This document shows positions 42,214-52,326 of a stretch of 64,000 nt of DNA, piece after piece (the stretch's first letter is position 1; every line of letters starts with the position of its first letter). The translations under genes were made by a program, and so were the position numbers. Under the pieces are notes generated by a model. The model saw only the letters and a list, made by a program, of their open reading frames with translations. It was not told the origin of the DNA and searched no databases. The DNA is from Synechococcus sp. (GTDB taxonomy: Bacteria; Cyanobacteriota; Cyanobacteriia; PCC-6307; Cyanobiaceae), in the NCBI GenBank assembly GCA_047286485.1, contig JBJBBH010000005.1, positions 186,056 to 250,055 of the forward strand, read 5' to 3'.

Positions 42214-43701
42214 TTAGGCGTTCTCCAGCGCTCGCCGGAATCGTTCCCAGAGATCGTTTGGCTCTTCCAGACCCACGGAGACGCGCAGCAGGTGGGATGG
42301 AACTCCGCAGCGGTTCGCCCACGACAGTTCGTCGTAGTGCGCAAGCAGTACGTATGGGCAGACCAGAGTGAATGCCGTTCCCAGGCTTGGTCCCTTGCAG
42401 ACCTCCAGTGCGTCGTAGACCTTCTGCGCCGAGGGGGTGCCCCCTTGCAGTTCAAAGGACAGCAAACAGCCATGCCCGGTCCCCGGTCGCTGCAGAGCCT
42501 TGAAGTTCTGGCATTCACCCGGATGAAACAGCTGCGCCACGGCGGGGTGGTCGCGCAGGCGTGCAGCCAGTGAGAGCGTGTTGGCATTGAGCTGATGCAC
42601 ACGTTCGATCACGTCTTCACTGCCTTGTTCAAGGGCGATGGCATCGAGATCAGCAAGCACCGCCAGCGGAGGCAGGGCGTGGTCTGCTGCAGCTAGCTGA
42701 GTTCTCCATGGGGAGTGATGACTCACCACCAAACTTCCTGCCAGAACATCACCACGGCCGGCGAAGCTTTTGGTGAGGGAGCTGAACACCAGATCGGCAT
42801 GGGGCAAGGCATCGACGTTGATCGCGGAGCCGATGGTGTCGTCGGCGATCACTGGGATGCCCTGCTGGTGAGCAAGCCTGGCGATGGTGGGCAGATCCAC
42901 GCAGCGCAGCAGAGGATTGCTGGGCAGCTCGACGACGACGGCCGATGGCTGCAGGCGTTCGAGGGCGTCGCTCACGCTGGCTGCACTGTCATCCAGCAGC
43001 AGCTCGGCCCCGTTGAAAACCACTTGAGGCAGCTTGAGCACATCCACGTAGGGGAAGCCGATTTGCAGCACAGGCCGGTTGGGCCGAAGGGCCGACACCA
43101 GCTGAAGTGCGCGATACAAAGCCGTCATGCCGGAGGGATGCAGGCTGATCGCATCCCTGGTGCAGCCATAGATCTCCTCCAGGCGCCGGATCACGGTGCC
43201 GCGGGCGTTCTCTCCTGCGGATCTGCTGGTGCCCTCTGCCTCACCCAGGGCAATGGCAGCCAGGCGGGAGGAAGCTCCAAGGCCTGTGTGCTGCCAGAAG
43301 GCCTTGGCGGCAGGAGTGCTGCCGGCATCAGCAATCAGGCAGATCAGTCCATGGATCGTCAGGAGACGAGTTTCCTCTGGAGGTCTTGTTCTGCGGCAGT
43401 GGGCAAGCGCTGCTTCAGCCGCCGGGCGGTTCGGATAGGGCCAGCTGCTTGCTCCATTGGAGGGCGCAACATTGGGGTGCTGCAGAGCTTGAGTGGCTAA
43501 TTCCGCCACCAGCGGATGCTGACCGAATCGCGGATACACCGCCTGCAACGCTTCTCGGCAGGCTGGATCCTGCTCCTCGTAGGCAATGACATCACTCCAT
43601 CGAGGCAGGGCCACCGAAACGGCATGGGTGGCATCGGGCAGAGGGTGGCCGAGATCGCTGCCTTGCCAGCAGGGATCGCGCAGCAGGTCGCGCGAACTCA
43701 T
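42214..43701 (-). CDS. Long-form Cys/Met-metabolism PLP enzyme, Str2-like cystathionine gamma-synthase
   Basis: HAVSV.LP.W..VI.YEE, YPRF, GFPY.D.LK, E.PSNPLL, SLTK, KGPSLGT.FTL.CPY..LAHY.EL, LLRVSVGLE. Confidence 0.8.
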   Translation of the reverse strand: MSSRDLLRDPCWQGSDLGHPLPDATHAVSVALPRWSDVIAYEEQDPACREALQAVYPRFGQHPLVAELATQALQHPNVAPSNGASSWPYPNRPAAEAALAHCRRTRPPEETRLLTIHGLICLIADAGSTPAAKAFWQHTGLGASSRLAAIALGEAEGTSRSAGENARGTVIRRLEEIYGCTRDAISLHPSGMTALYRALQLVSALRPNRPVLQIGFPYVDVLKLPQVVFNGAELLLDDSAASVSDALERLQPSAVVVELPSNPLLRCVDLPTIARLAHQQGIPVIADDTIGSAINVDALPHADLVFSSLTKSFAGRGDVLAGSLVVSHHSPWRTQLAAADHALPPLAVLADLDAIALEQGSEDVIERVHQLNANTLSLAARLRDHPAVAQLFHPGECQNFKALQRPGTGHGCLLSFELQGGTPSAQKVYDALEVCKGPSLGTAFTLVCPYVLLAHYDELSWANRCGVPSHLLRVSVGLEEPNDLWERFRRALENA

Positions 43702-44879
43702 CGGAGCAAGTGAAGTGCCTGGTCGAGATCAGCGATCAGGTCCGAGGCTTCTTCACAGCCCACGGACAGACGGATCAGGCCATCGCTGATGCCCAGTTTC
43801 TCTTTGACCTCCGATGACACCGCGGCGTGGGTCATCGTGGCTGGGTGGCAGATCAGGCTCTCCACTCCTCCCAGGCTTTCGGCCATGGTGAACCACTGCA
43901 GGGCTTTGCACATCGCATAAGCCTGGTCACGGCAGGCTTCGACTCCGATCGTGACAATGGCTCCACCGCTGCTCATCTGCTGCATCGCCACCGCCTGTTG
44001 GGGGTGATCCGAGCGATGGGGGTAGCGCACCCAGTTCACTTGGGGATGGTTGGCCAGGTGATCAGCCAACGCGGCCGCATTGGCCATTTGTTGTTTGAGT
44101 CGCAGAGGCAGGGTCTTGATGCCGCGGGTGATCAGCCAGCAATCGAAGGGGGAAGGCTGCAGGCCCAGGGCTTTCTGGGCAAACACCATCTTCTGATGCC
44201 AGGCCGGATCGTTGGTGCAGACCGCACCGCCAAGGGCATCGGAGTGCCCGTTGATGTATTTGGTTGTGCTGGTGAGGGACAGGGTGGCTCCAAGCTGCAG
44301 GGGCCGCTGTACGAGGGCTGTGGCGAACGTGTTGTCCACAACCACGGGCACATCAATGGCCGCGGCTGCCGCGCAGACCTTCTTCAGGTCGATCACCTTG
44401 AGCAGCGGGTTGGTGGGACTTTCCAGCCAGACCATGGCGGGTTTTCGAACCGCAATGGTGTCGAGAGCCTCGGCTGATGTGAAATCCACCCACTCGGTGC
44501 GGACCCCGAATTTGGCGAACACCTGATCAAACAAGCGCACGGTGCAGCCATAGAGGTTCTCCTCGCAGAGCACCAGATCCCCTTGGCTGAGCCCGGAGAC
44601 AATCGCTGTGATTGCGCTCACTCCCGAGCCAAACACCGTGGCATGGTTGCAGTGCTCCACCGACGCGAGAACACCTTCGAGGATGCGGAAATTGGGATTG
44701 CCAGAACGGGTGTAATCGAAACCAGCGGCGTTGCCGTGAGCAAACGTTGATGTGGAGTAAATCGGCGGCATCACAGTGCCCGTCACCTCCGCAAAGCTCT
44801 CCCCGTGGTGAATGGCCCGGGTGGCATCGGCTGGTGTTGGTTCTTGGCGCTGCAAGTGGTGACTGCGTTCAGGTCTCAA
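43698..44879 (-). CDS. Cystathionine beta-lyase / gamma-synthase family (MetC/MetB)
   Basis: PPIY.TSTF, YTRSGNP, F.SG.SAI, ESPTNPLL, VDNTFAT, STTKYINGHSD, ESLGGVESL, RLSVG.E. Confidence 0.9.
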   Translation of the reverse strand: MRPERSHHLQRQEPTPADATRAIHHGESFAEVTGTVMPPIYSTSTFAHGNAAGFDYTRSGNPNFRILEGVLASVEHCNHATVFGSGVSAITAIVSGLSQGDLVLCEENLYGCTVRLFDQVFAKFGVRTEWVDFTSAEALDTIAVRKPAMVWLESPTNPLLKVIDLKKVCAAAAAIDVPVVVDNTFATALVQRPLQLGATLSLTSTTKYINGHSDALGGAVCTNDPAWHQKMVFAQKALGLQPSPFDCWLITRGIKTLPLRLKQQMANAAALADHLANHPQVNWVRYPHRSDHPQQAVAMQQMSSGGAIVTIGVEACRDQAYAMCKALQWFTMAESLGGVESLICHPATMTHAAVSSEVKEKLGISDGLIRLSVGCEEASDLIADLDQALHLLR

Positions 44880-44939
44880 AGCTAGGAAACAGGCTGGCTG
44901 TCGCCGCTAGCGTCCAGTCCATCGTGTTAACGCCGAACT

Positions 44940-45197
44940 TTGGCTGAAACTCCAGTGCCACAGAGCCATAAAGATGAGTGGCGGGATCATGTGCTCAGCG
45001 AAATCGTCACGTTTCTGAGCGAGAACAAACAGCAGATCCATGCCCGCTATCTGGAGCAGCGGCAGGGCCAGTTGTCTCGCGATCTGATCGAGCAGGAAGG
45101 GCTGATGGATTTTGAGCTGGCGATCACTTTTTTAGAAGACAAGCCCAAAGGTTTCGGGCTGGGGCTCGGCTTTTTCAAGGCGAATTTGATTCGTTGA
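44940..45197 (+). CDS. Small conserved hypothetical protein
   Basis: 85-aa ORF with host-like codon usage just left of the AT-rich block. Confidence 0.7.
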   Translation: MAETPVPQSHKDEWRDHVLSEIVTFLSENKQQIHARYLEQRQGQLSRDLIEQEGLMDFELAITFLEDKPKGFGLGLGFFKANLIR

Positions 45198-45213
45198 ACT
45201 GTGAGAACTCAGT

Positions 45214-48200
45214 TCATGCTGATTGAGACGACGAAGTCGTTGAGAATTTCTTTTTCAATGCCACGTACAGCGTGGGCACGATAAAAAGACTCGTTAATGC
45301 TGCCATGAAATATCCACCAAATAGAACTGTTCCGATCGATCTTTGTGCTAACCCTCCAGCCCCTGTGGCTGACATCAAAGGTAAAAATCCTGCCAATGCA
45401 GCAACAGAAGTCATCAAGATCGGTCGTAAACGTCTTGAAGCAGACTGTTGTACAGCGTCGGTGATTTGGCAGCCCTTGTCTTTGTATTGATTTGCCAGAG
45501 CAATGATCAGGATTCCATTTTTTGCAGCCAAACTGATCAATGCCATGAAAGCAAATTCCGCAAAAATATTGAGGTCGAGGCTGTTCGCTGTTAAAAACAA
45601 GAACGAACTGACGAATGCAATTGGAATGGAAGAAATCAATACGATTGGGTCTATAAAGCTGTTGAATTGCGTGCAAAGAATTAGATAAGCCATCACCAAT
45701 CCTGCAGCCAGGACGTTCACAAGAAGTGATTTGGATTGCACTTCAGTACGCGCCAAGCCTGCCCAGTTTTGACTGATGTTTGGGAAGTCTAGTTGCTTAA
45801 AAGTAGACTTCAATTTGTCAATCGCTTGACCATTGCTGGTTGAAGGGGAAGGCTGTGCCTGAATGGGAACAGCCCGTCTTAGATTGAAGTGACTGATGAT
45901 ATTGGGAGAATTGACTTGTTTAATTTCGATCACTTCTGAGAGAGGGACTAAATCCCCCCTCCTTGATGGGATATAGACTTGGTTCAAGCTCTTTTGGATC
46001 TCTGTCTGACTGCTTTCGGCTTGCACATAAATCTGACGGTATTGGCCGCTTTCGTAGGTGTTGTTGACAAAGCTGCTTCCATACAGAGCACCTACTTCAT
46101 TCATGGCTGTTTGATAATCAACATGAAGTGAAGCCATTTTTCTCCGGTCTGGCTCAAGAAGTAAGGCAGTTGATTCGAGGTCTGAAGGAGTATCGATAGA
46201 GCTGAATTGGCGAGTCTTATTATTGCTATTTATAAATGAATGTGCGATGTCTGATAAATCATCGAAGCTATAACCACGGTTGCTTTCATCCACCAGAAAG
46301 CTGTGGATGCCTCCTTCAACACTGAAGCCAGGTACCGCAGGTGGTGGCACTGCCAGGACTTCAGCATTGGGAATCTTTTTGAATCGTTGATTGAGTTTTT
46401 CAAGAATGATCGATGCATTTTGTGAATGCTTTGTTCGTTCTTCAAAGGGTTTCAGGCCGAAGAAGAACACGCCTTGATTTGGTGATGAACCATGAAAGCC
46501 TGTACCACCAACCAACGCACCATCAACAATTTCAGGTTCATTGGCTAATATCTTTTGTGCTTGATGAGCAACATCCATGGTTGCCTTCAGAGAGGCATCG
46601 CCTGCTAATCGAATGGTTCCCAGTCCATAACCTTGATCTTGTTCGGGAATAAAACTTTTAGGATATGAGCTAATCAAGATGATCGTCATGACGAGACTGA
46701 AAAGAATGATGGATACAACCAGACGACCCTTGATCATGAACTGTTCAAGGGTTATTTCATAGCCGCGAGAAATTCTGGTCACCAAGTAATTGATGAAACT
46801 AAAAATCGATTGCTGGTACCAGCCGATCAGAATTCCAATCGATGTGTAAAGTAATATGGGGGTAGTCTGAAAAGAAAGCATCCCATAAATTAAACCGATC
46901 GCACCACAAATTGATGCAGATCGACCGCGGAAAAAGGTACTTTTCCCCTTTTTAAGCAAAACCGAGCACTGCAAAGGTTTGCCTGTTATTGCATTAAATG
47001 TGCTTACGATGATGCAGAAAATAACGGTGATTGAAATCCCCCTGAAGATGATTCCTGCTGGACCAGAGATTGCTATGGCTGGTAAAAATACTGCTATTAA
47101 AGCAAAAGCTGTTGCAATGATTGGAGACTCTAATTCCGCCATTGCCTCCTTAGCGGCATTTTTTGGGTCTGCGCCAGCATCAATTTTTGCAGAGATTGCT
47201 TCGACAACGATGATTGCATCATCGACGACCAATCCGGTTGCAAGACTAAATCCAATTAACGTTAAACTGTCAATGGCAAATGAAAAGAGGTTCGTTAATG
47301 CAACAGCACCCAAGATAGAAACTGGTAGTGCTATCAATGGGATTAATGTTGACCTCCAGTCTTGAAGAAACAGGAAAATGACCAGGATCACCAAAATGGC
47401 GGCATCGCGCAGGCTTTTTTGAGCCCCATTCAGTGAACTTTTTACAAAATCGGCCTGATCAAATATTTTTTTGATTTCGACTCCTGGCGGTGTCGATGAA
47501 CTGAGTGAGGTGATGTAATCATCAATTCTTCTTGAGGTGTTGACTGTGTTGTAGCCAGGCTGTTTAATAATTCCAAACGACAGTGACGGAGTTCCGTTGC
47601 TACTAGAAATAGATTGCTCGCTAAGACTTTCAAGAGAGTACTGTACTTGGCCAACATCGCTTAAATAAACAATTCCGTCGGCATTTTGATCAATTTGTGG
47701 GCCCACTGAGTCGGTGCCAGCTTTCACAATGAGCTGGCTTAATTCTTCAACACCTTCTAGATTTCCGTCAATTAATAATGGAATGGTGGTGGTAACATTG
47801 CTGGTGAACGGGGGGCCACCAACGAGACCACCTTTCATGATTTGATTTTGAGCTTCGAGCGATTCAATGATGTTTGCCGCTGTTAAATTGTAGCGTTTGA
47901 GTTTCTGCGGATCCAGCCACAGCCTGTAAGCAGGCTTTGAGCCGCCAAGCAAAATGACCTGGCCAACACCTTTCAGGTTTGACAAGCTATCTGAGATTTC
48001 TAAATCGTAAAATCCGTTTAGGAAATTTTTATCATAAGAACTATCCCCCATCTCAATGTTGTAAACCTGTAAATAACTGAGTTCGGATTCTTTGACTGTT
48101 GCACCTTGAGCTGAAACTTCTTTTGGCAGCTCGGCCATTGCTGTTTGCACGCTGTTTAAAACATTCACCTGATTGGCAGCTTCATCAGTATTGGATTCGA

Positions 48201-48486
48201 ATACAGCACGGATTGTGCTAACACCATCACTGCTGCTGTTCGACATCAAATAGTTCAGGCCTGGAACGCTATTGATATGCCGTTCCAAAGGAGTGGTCAC
48301 TGACTTTTCAACGATCTCTGCATTGGCTCCTGGATAGATGGCCACAACCTCAATCGTTGGTGGTGCGATATTGGGAATGCTTTCAATCGGTAAATTGGAG
48401 ATTGAAAACAATCCTGACAGGATGATGAATAGACTCAGCACTGCACTGAGTACAGGTCTCTCAATAAAGTAATCAGCAATTTTCAT
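45214..48486 (-). CDS. RND efflux permease (AcrB/HAE1 family)
   Basis: FI.RPV.S.V.S, P.E..P.IAPP, GLVVDDAIIVVE, AKNGILI, RLRPILMTS. Confidence 0.95.
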   Translation of the reverse strand: MKIADYFIERPVLSAVLSLFIILSGLFSISNLPIESIPNIAPPTIEVVAIYPGANAEIVEKSVTTPLERHINSVPGLNYLMSNSSSDGVSTIRAVFESNTDEAANQVNVLNSVQTAMAELPKEVSAQGATVKESELSYLQVYNIEMGDSSYDKNFLNGFYDLEISDSLSNLKGVGQVILLGGSKPAYRLWLDPQKLKRYNLTAANIIESLEAQNQIMKGGLVGGPPFTSNVTTTIPLLIDGNLEGVEELSQLIVKAGTDSVGPQIDQNADGIVYLSDVGQVQYSLESLSEQSISSSNGTPSLSFGIIKQPGYNTVNTSRRIDDYITSLSSSTPPGVEIKKIFDQADFVKSSLNGAQKSLRDAAILVILVIFLFLQDWRSTLIPLIALPVSILGAVALTNLFSFAIDSLTLIGFSLATGLVVDDAIIVVEAISAKIDAGADPKNAAKEAMAELESPIIATAFALIAVFLPAIAISGPAGIIFRGISITVIFCIIVSTFNAITGKPLQCSVLLKKGKSTFFRGRSASICGAIGLIYGMLSFQTTPILLYTSIGILIGWYQQSIFSFINYLVTRISRGYEITLEQFMIKGRLVVSIILFSLVMTIILISSYPKSFIPEQDQGYGLGTIRLAGDASLKATMDVAHQAQKILANEPEIVDGALVGGTGFHGSSPNQGVFFFGLKPFEERTKHSQNASIILEKLNQRFKKIPNAEVLAVPPPAVPGFSVEGGIHSFLVDESNRGYSFDDLSDIAHSFINSNNKTRQFSSIDTPSDLESTALLLEPDRRKMASLHVDYQTAMNEVGALYGSSFVNNTYESGQYRQIYVQAESSQTEIQKSLNQVYIPSRRGDLVPLSEVIEIKQVNSPNIISHFNLRRAVPIQAQPSPSTSNGQAIDKLKSTFKQLDFPNISQNWAGLARTEVQSKSLLVNVLAAGLVMAYLILCTQFNSFIDPIVLISSIPIAFVSSFLFLTANSLDLNIFAEFAFMALISLAAKNGILIIALANQYKDKGCQITDAVQQSASRRLRPILMTSVAALAGFLPLMSATGAGGLAQRSIGTVLFGGYFMAALTSLFIVPTLYVALKKKFSTTSSSQSA

Positions 48487-48490
48487 TTTT

Positions 48491-49561
48491 TTAATTGATC
48501 AGCATTCCATTGCTTAGTAGGCGTGGATTTTCTGCCACGACTTTGTCTCCAGCTTGCAGTCCTGATATCACTTCTGATTGACCATTTCCACGAGTGACAA
48601 CTTCGATAGGTGTTTGTACGGTGATTCGACCTGTGAACCCTTTTGGTGTGTTGATTTTGCGCCCTAAACGTTGTTGGGCTTCTTTGATGCCAACCGCTTT
48701 GAACACAAAATCTTGCCCCGCATTGCGAAACACAGATTGGGATGGAATTAACAAGGAGCTTTGAGAGTCGCCTTGAATTTCGACCGTAACTTTTTGATGA
48801 TGCTTTAGATTCCCTCTCTGGTTTATAAACAATGCTTTGATCAGGAATGTTTGTGTACCTTTGTTGATCGAGGGACTAATAAAGCTGATGCGACCCTCTC
48901 CGATCCGACGGCCTCCCTGTTTTGAGAGTAAAGCAACAGGTTCGTTCATTTGGATGATGCCTGAAAGTGAGACTGGAATATTCACTCTTGCTTCAAGTAC
49001 TGAATTGTCGATGATGTTAAAAATTGGCTCGCCGATACTTGTAATGCTGCCTTGCTTGATGTCGATTGATGTCACGGTTCCTTTTATTGGAGAGGTGATG
49101 ATTTTGTAATCTTGCAGAGCTTTTAAGGATTCTTTCAGTGCCAGACTGCTTTCGGCTTTCGTGACATATTCGTCTCGCGTCTTCTTCGAAACAGCACCCT
49201 GTTCATTCAGGTATACGTATCGTTGGGCGTTTTTGGTGTCAAGCCTCGCTTTTGCGATTTGAGCTTCCTTTAATTTCTTTTCATTCATCTGTTCAAGTGT
49301 GTAAAGGAGTTGCCCTTTATTAACCTGATTGCCTTCTTGAACATCAACCGACCGTATTCTTCCAACAACCTGAGCCGCTAGCTTGACATTATCCTTGGCT
49401 TCTAGCGTGCTTTGGAAAGTGAAGACATTGTTGGTTGGCTTTGATGTTGCCGTCACAACACTGAAATCATGGATGATGGCGCTGTTGTTATTACTTACGC
49501 ATCCTGTGATTACCAAAGTTGACGCAATGATGAGGACTGGCTTTTGAATTGAAGACCTCAT
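48491..49561 (-). CDS. RND membrane-fusion (periplasmic adaptor) lipoprotein
   Basis: Lipobox LVITGC, G.I..V.V.EG..V.KGQ.L, I.SP..G.V, IP..SV, EV.SGL..GD.VV. Confidence 0.92.
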   Translation of the reverse strand: MRSSIQKPVLIIASTLVITGCVSNNNSAIIHDFSVVTATSKPTNNVFTFQSTLEAKDNVKLAAQVVGRIRSVDVQEGNQVNKGQLLYTLEQMNEKKLKEAQIAKARLDTKNAQRYVYLNEQGAVSKKTRDEYVTKAESSLALKESLKALQDYKIITSPIKGTVTSIDIKQGSITSIGEPIFNIIDNSVLEARVNIPVSLSGIIQMNEPVALLSKQGGRRIGEGRISFISPSINKGTQTFLIKALFINQRGNLKHHQKVTVEIQGDSQSSLLIPSQSVFRNAGQDFVFKAVGIKEAQQRLGRKINTPKGFTGRITVQTPIEVVTRGNGQSEVISGLQAGDKVVAENPRLLSNGMLIN

Positions 49562-49953
49562 ATAAGTGGCCTGACCATTTCTTATAAACTAGCCATGGCT
49601 CTTGATGTGTCAATGTTGCTTCATCAAAGATTCCTTTGACGAGGCCTTTAGGGGCGCGATCTTCAATGGAATTGTTGATATGTTCCTTGTTCCATACCTC
49701 AGATTATTGTTCTTGGTCATCTTTTTTGGTTGCAGTCAATACAATCCATTCAATGCCATCAATGATTCTCGCCATGAATCATGGCCACTGGTTTGTTCTG
49801 TCTCTTTTTGCCGACCTCTTGTGGCATGTGCTTCTTTGAATAAGCCATGCGCATGGATTCTCCCTTGACCAGCGCTGAGCCTTTGATGCGCTGTTAAGTG
49901 TGGCGCCTCAATCTTCTGCCTATGGCCTGCTTTTTTGGCTCGATGATATGGAT

Positions 49954-50136
49954 TTATCGCTTTTCGTTGGATTTGTTGTCAAACATCCATTCCATCATTC
50001 CCTTGCTGTCATTTTTCAGGGAGACAATGGCGAAGCTTGTTAAAAAGAACAGTGACACGATCAGGAGTGCTGCTGCACTGATCTCGCTGATTTCAAGATT
50101 GCCCACTGAGATTGTGAGCAGTTCTGCGCTTTTCAT
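49954..50136 (-). CDS. Small single-TM membrane protein (60 aa)
   Basis: ATG preceded by purine-rich sequence; hydrophobic AAALLIVSLFFLTSFAIVSL segment. Confidence 0.5.
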   Translation of the reverse strand: MKSAELLTISVGNLEISEISAAALLIVSLFFLTSFAIVSLKNDSKGMMEWMFDNKSNEKR

Positions 50137-50474
50137 TCAACCATTTCGATTCTTCTTCCTTCCCTGGGGACTGGCCCAAGAGCGACCAGCATTTTTTCAT
50201 CTGGGAAGGTTTGAGTATCAGCAAGTAAGAGAAAAATCCAATTCAGCATTGCATGCTTTCATGTTGATTCACGCTAGCTGTGAGTGTTCGGCAGAAGAAG
50301 ATCTGCTGTGGCCCCTTATCAACACTCAATATCGTTGTATCCGATGAAACGGGTTGTCAGATGCTTTGGCGTTTTCGTGTCCTTCGTCACCATGGTGCGC
50401 AATTTTTGATTCCATTGCTCTTTTGAATGACAAGCTTCCGATCTGCGGCGATTGGCACAATCGTGATTCACAAC

Positions 50475-50503
50475 AAAAAAGGAGCCGGAAATTCCGACTC
50501 CTT
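50475..50503 (-). terminator. Intrinsic terminator (minus strand)
   Basis: Minus strand AAGGAGTCGG-AATTT-CCGGCTCC then TTTTTT. Confidence 0.75.
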
Positions 50504-50587
50504 GCCACCTGCATCTTTCAATCTTGGCCATGCAGCAGCCCTCTGCAGGGGGCTCTTAACGTCTTGACAATCTTGGCTTCAGCAATG

Positions 50588-50731
50588 TTAGGACTGAGCC
50601 TCGGATTCCTTCCTTTGCTCGATGGTTTCCGCATCCGCTGAAGTCTGGCTGCGCTGACAGTTGCCAGAGCCAGCGAATGCGGGAGCTGTGACGAGCAGTG
50701 TTGCGCAAAGGAGTGATGAGAGACGGAACAT
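50588..50731 (-). CDS. Small secreted peptide (47 aa)
   Basis: MFRLSSLLCATLLVTAPAFA-GSGNC... signal peptide with AxA cleavage site; terminator follows. Confidence 0.5.
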   Translation of the reverse strand: MFRLSSLLCATLLVTAPAFAGSGNCQRSQTSADAETIEQRKESEAQS

Positions 50732-50977
50732 GGTTCTCAGAAACTTTCTGGAATGCTCGCGAATCCTCCCTGCGACCGCGAGCATCACCGTTGTTCAAAG
50801 CGTGGCCGGATGACAGCAGCCTCACTGCCTGATTGCTGTGATCGTGCCGTTGCACACATCAGGCGCAAGAGTTTGTTGAAATCATCGTCAAAGGGTGCGT
50901 GATCCCAAAGCTCGTCTGTTACTTCCTGGCTTGGGAATGCTCGCTGCTTCACAGTTCACCCATCACAGAGTGCGGCC

Positions 50978-51256
50978 GTGTTTTGTATTCAACGTCTCTC
51001 CGACAAAGGTTGGGTCTTTGTTGCAGAAAACCTCAACTTGCTTGAAGCCAGAGCGAAGGCAACACTTTGGTCTCAAGAGCATGTCGCTGCCTTTCGGGTT
51101 GTCAGTTGTGATCAATCTGACATGCAGTTTCTTTGCCGTGATGGCGTGATCCTGGTCGACCTCTCCGAACCAGCTGATCTGGCTGCCGCTCTTGAGGGGC
51201 AACCATCCGTTCTGATGGAGGACATCTCCTGGAAAATCCTTGCAGAGGCCAACTGA
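50978..51256 (+). CDS. Small hypothetical protein (92 aa)
   Basis: ORF ends just before the rpsD terminator, globular composition; no family recognised. Confidence 0.5.
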   Translation: MFCIQRLSDKGWVFVAENLNLLEARAKATLWSQEHVAAFRVVSCDQSDMQFLCRDGVILVDLSEPADLAAALEGQPSVLMEDISWKILAEAN

Positions 51257-51291
51257 AGCTGAAGCTTGCTTTGTTGGCCCTGTTTGAACAT

Positions 51292-51326
51292 AAGAAAAAG
51301 CCCCGCTCCGGCTGAGCCGTGCGGGG
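51292..51326 (-). terminator. Intrinsic terminator of rpsD
   Basis: Minus strand CCCCGC-ACGGC-TCA-GCCGGA-GCGGGG then CTTTTTCTT. Confidence 0.75.
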
Positions 51327-51364
51327 AAGACAACGCAAACATGCGGTGCGATTCGAGGCAGGCC

Positions 51365-51973
51365 TCAGACCTTGCGGGAGTAGTACTCCACCACCAGCAG
51401 TTCATTGATCTCCAGTGCGACCCATTCGCGTTCGCACTTGCTGATCACCTTGGCGCTGAGCTTGGCCTTGTCGAGCTCCAGGTGGGGCGGCACGTTGGCG
51501 AGACCAGGGAATTCCAGGTTGCCTTCAGCCAGTTTCTTGCTGCCTTTGCGCTCACGGACGGCGATCACATCACCGGCCTTGCACTGATAGCTGGCGATGT
51601 CGGTGACGCGGCCATTCACGGTGACGTGGCCATGGTTCACAAGCTGGCGGGCGCCAGGCACTGTGGGGCCGAAACCGAGGCGGAAGCAGACGTTGTCGAG
51701 ACGATTCTCGAGCAATTTGAGCAGGTTCGTTCCGGTGGAACCATCCTGGGCGCGCGCTTTTTTCACGTAGCGCACGAGTTGGCGTTCGGAGACGCCGTAG
51801 TTGAAGCGAAGCTTCTGCTTCTCTTCCAGACGGATCGCGTATTCAGAGCGCTTGCGACGGGCTTGGCCGTGCTGACCGGGTGGATAGGACCGCTTTGCGG
51901 CCTTCCGGGTGAGACCAGGGAGGTCTCCCAAGCGCCGCGTGATCCTCAGTCGAGGGCCGCGGTAACGAGACAT
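51365..51973 (-). CDS. rpsD: 30S ribosomal protein S4
   Basis: [51 protein letters not shown]. Confidence 0.99.
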   Translation of the reverse strand: MSRYRGPRLRITRRLGDLPGLTRKAAKRSYPPGQHGQARRKRSEYAIRLEEKQKLRFNYGVSERQLVRYVKKARAQDGSTGTNLLKLLENRLDNVCFRLGFGPTVPGARQLVNHGHVTVNGRVTDIASYQCKAGDVIAVRERKGSKKLAEGNLEFPGLANVPPHLELDKAKLSAKVISKCEREWVALEINELLVVEYYSRKV

Positions 51974-52047
51974 AGGTGTAGAAGGTGTTGGACCATTTGC
52001 GCCGAGGAAACGCCATGCTGGACTCAAGGTCAGCTCCGCGTTTCTGC

Positions 52048-52326
52048 ATGCGCGAACCACGCACTCTATCTGTCGGCTTCCTTCAGCCCGTTGGGGAGGG
52101 TCTCAGCCGGGCCGTGGCCCAGCTGATGATCGGCTTGATCGGTTTCTACCGCAGTTGGTTGTCTCCACTGTTTGGACCTCGTTGTCGCTTCATTCCCAGC
52201 TGCAGTGCCTACGGCCTGGAGGCCATTCAGCGCCATGGTCCCTGGCGCGGTGGCTGGCTCACTCTGCGCCGGATCTGTCGATGCCATCCCTTCACTCCCT
52301 GTGGCTGTGACCCAGTCCCCGATTGA
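52048..52326 (+). CDS. yidD: Membrane protein insertion efficiency factor
   Basis: [25 protein letters not shown]...G.WL..RRI.RCHP. Confidence 0.92.
   Translation: MREPRTLSVGFLQPVGEGLSRAVAQLMIGLIGFYRSWLSPLFGPRCRFIPSCSAYGLEAIQRHGPWRGGWLTLRRICRCHPFTPCGCDPVPD

Larger units (their letters stand above)
45200..50600. mobile_element. AT-rich genomic islet (RND efflux pair plus small ORFs)
   Basis: Sampled lines 30-40% GC versus about 60% in flanks; no integrase, transposase or att repeat seen; boundaries approximate. Confidence 0.55.

Noticed and set aside
45195-45216. TGAACTG-N8-CAGTTCA inverted repeat at the islet's left edge
   Set aside because: Built from two convergent stop codons; no matching copy found at the right edge, so not supportable as an att site or IS end.
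49600-49900. Cys-rich + strand ORFs and a minus-strand frame broken by TAA (MARIIDGIEW...*SEVWNKEH...)
   Set aside because: No recognisable family or RBS; cannot distinguish a decayed gene from non-coding AT-rich sequence.
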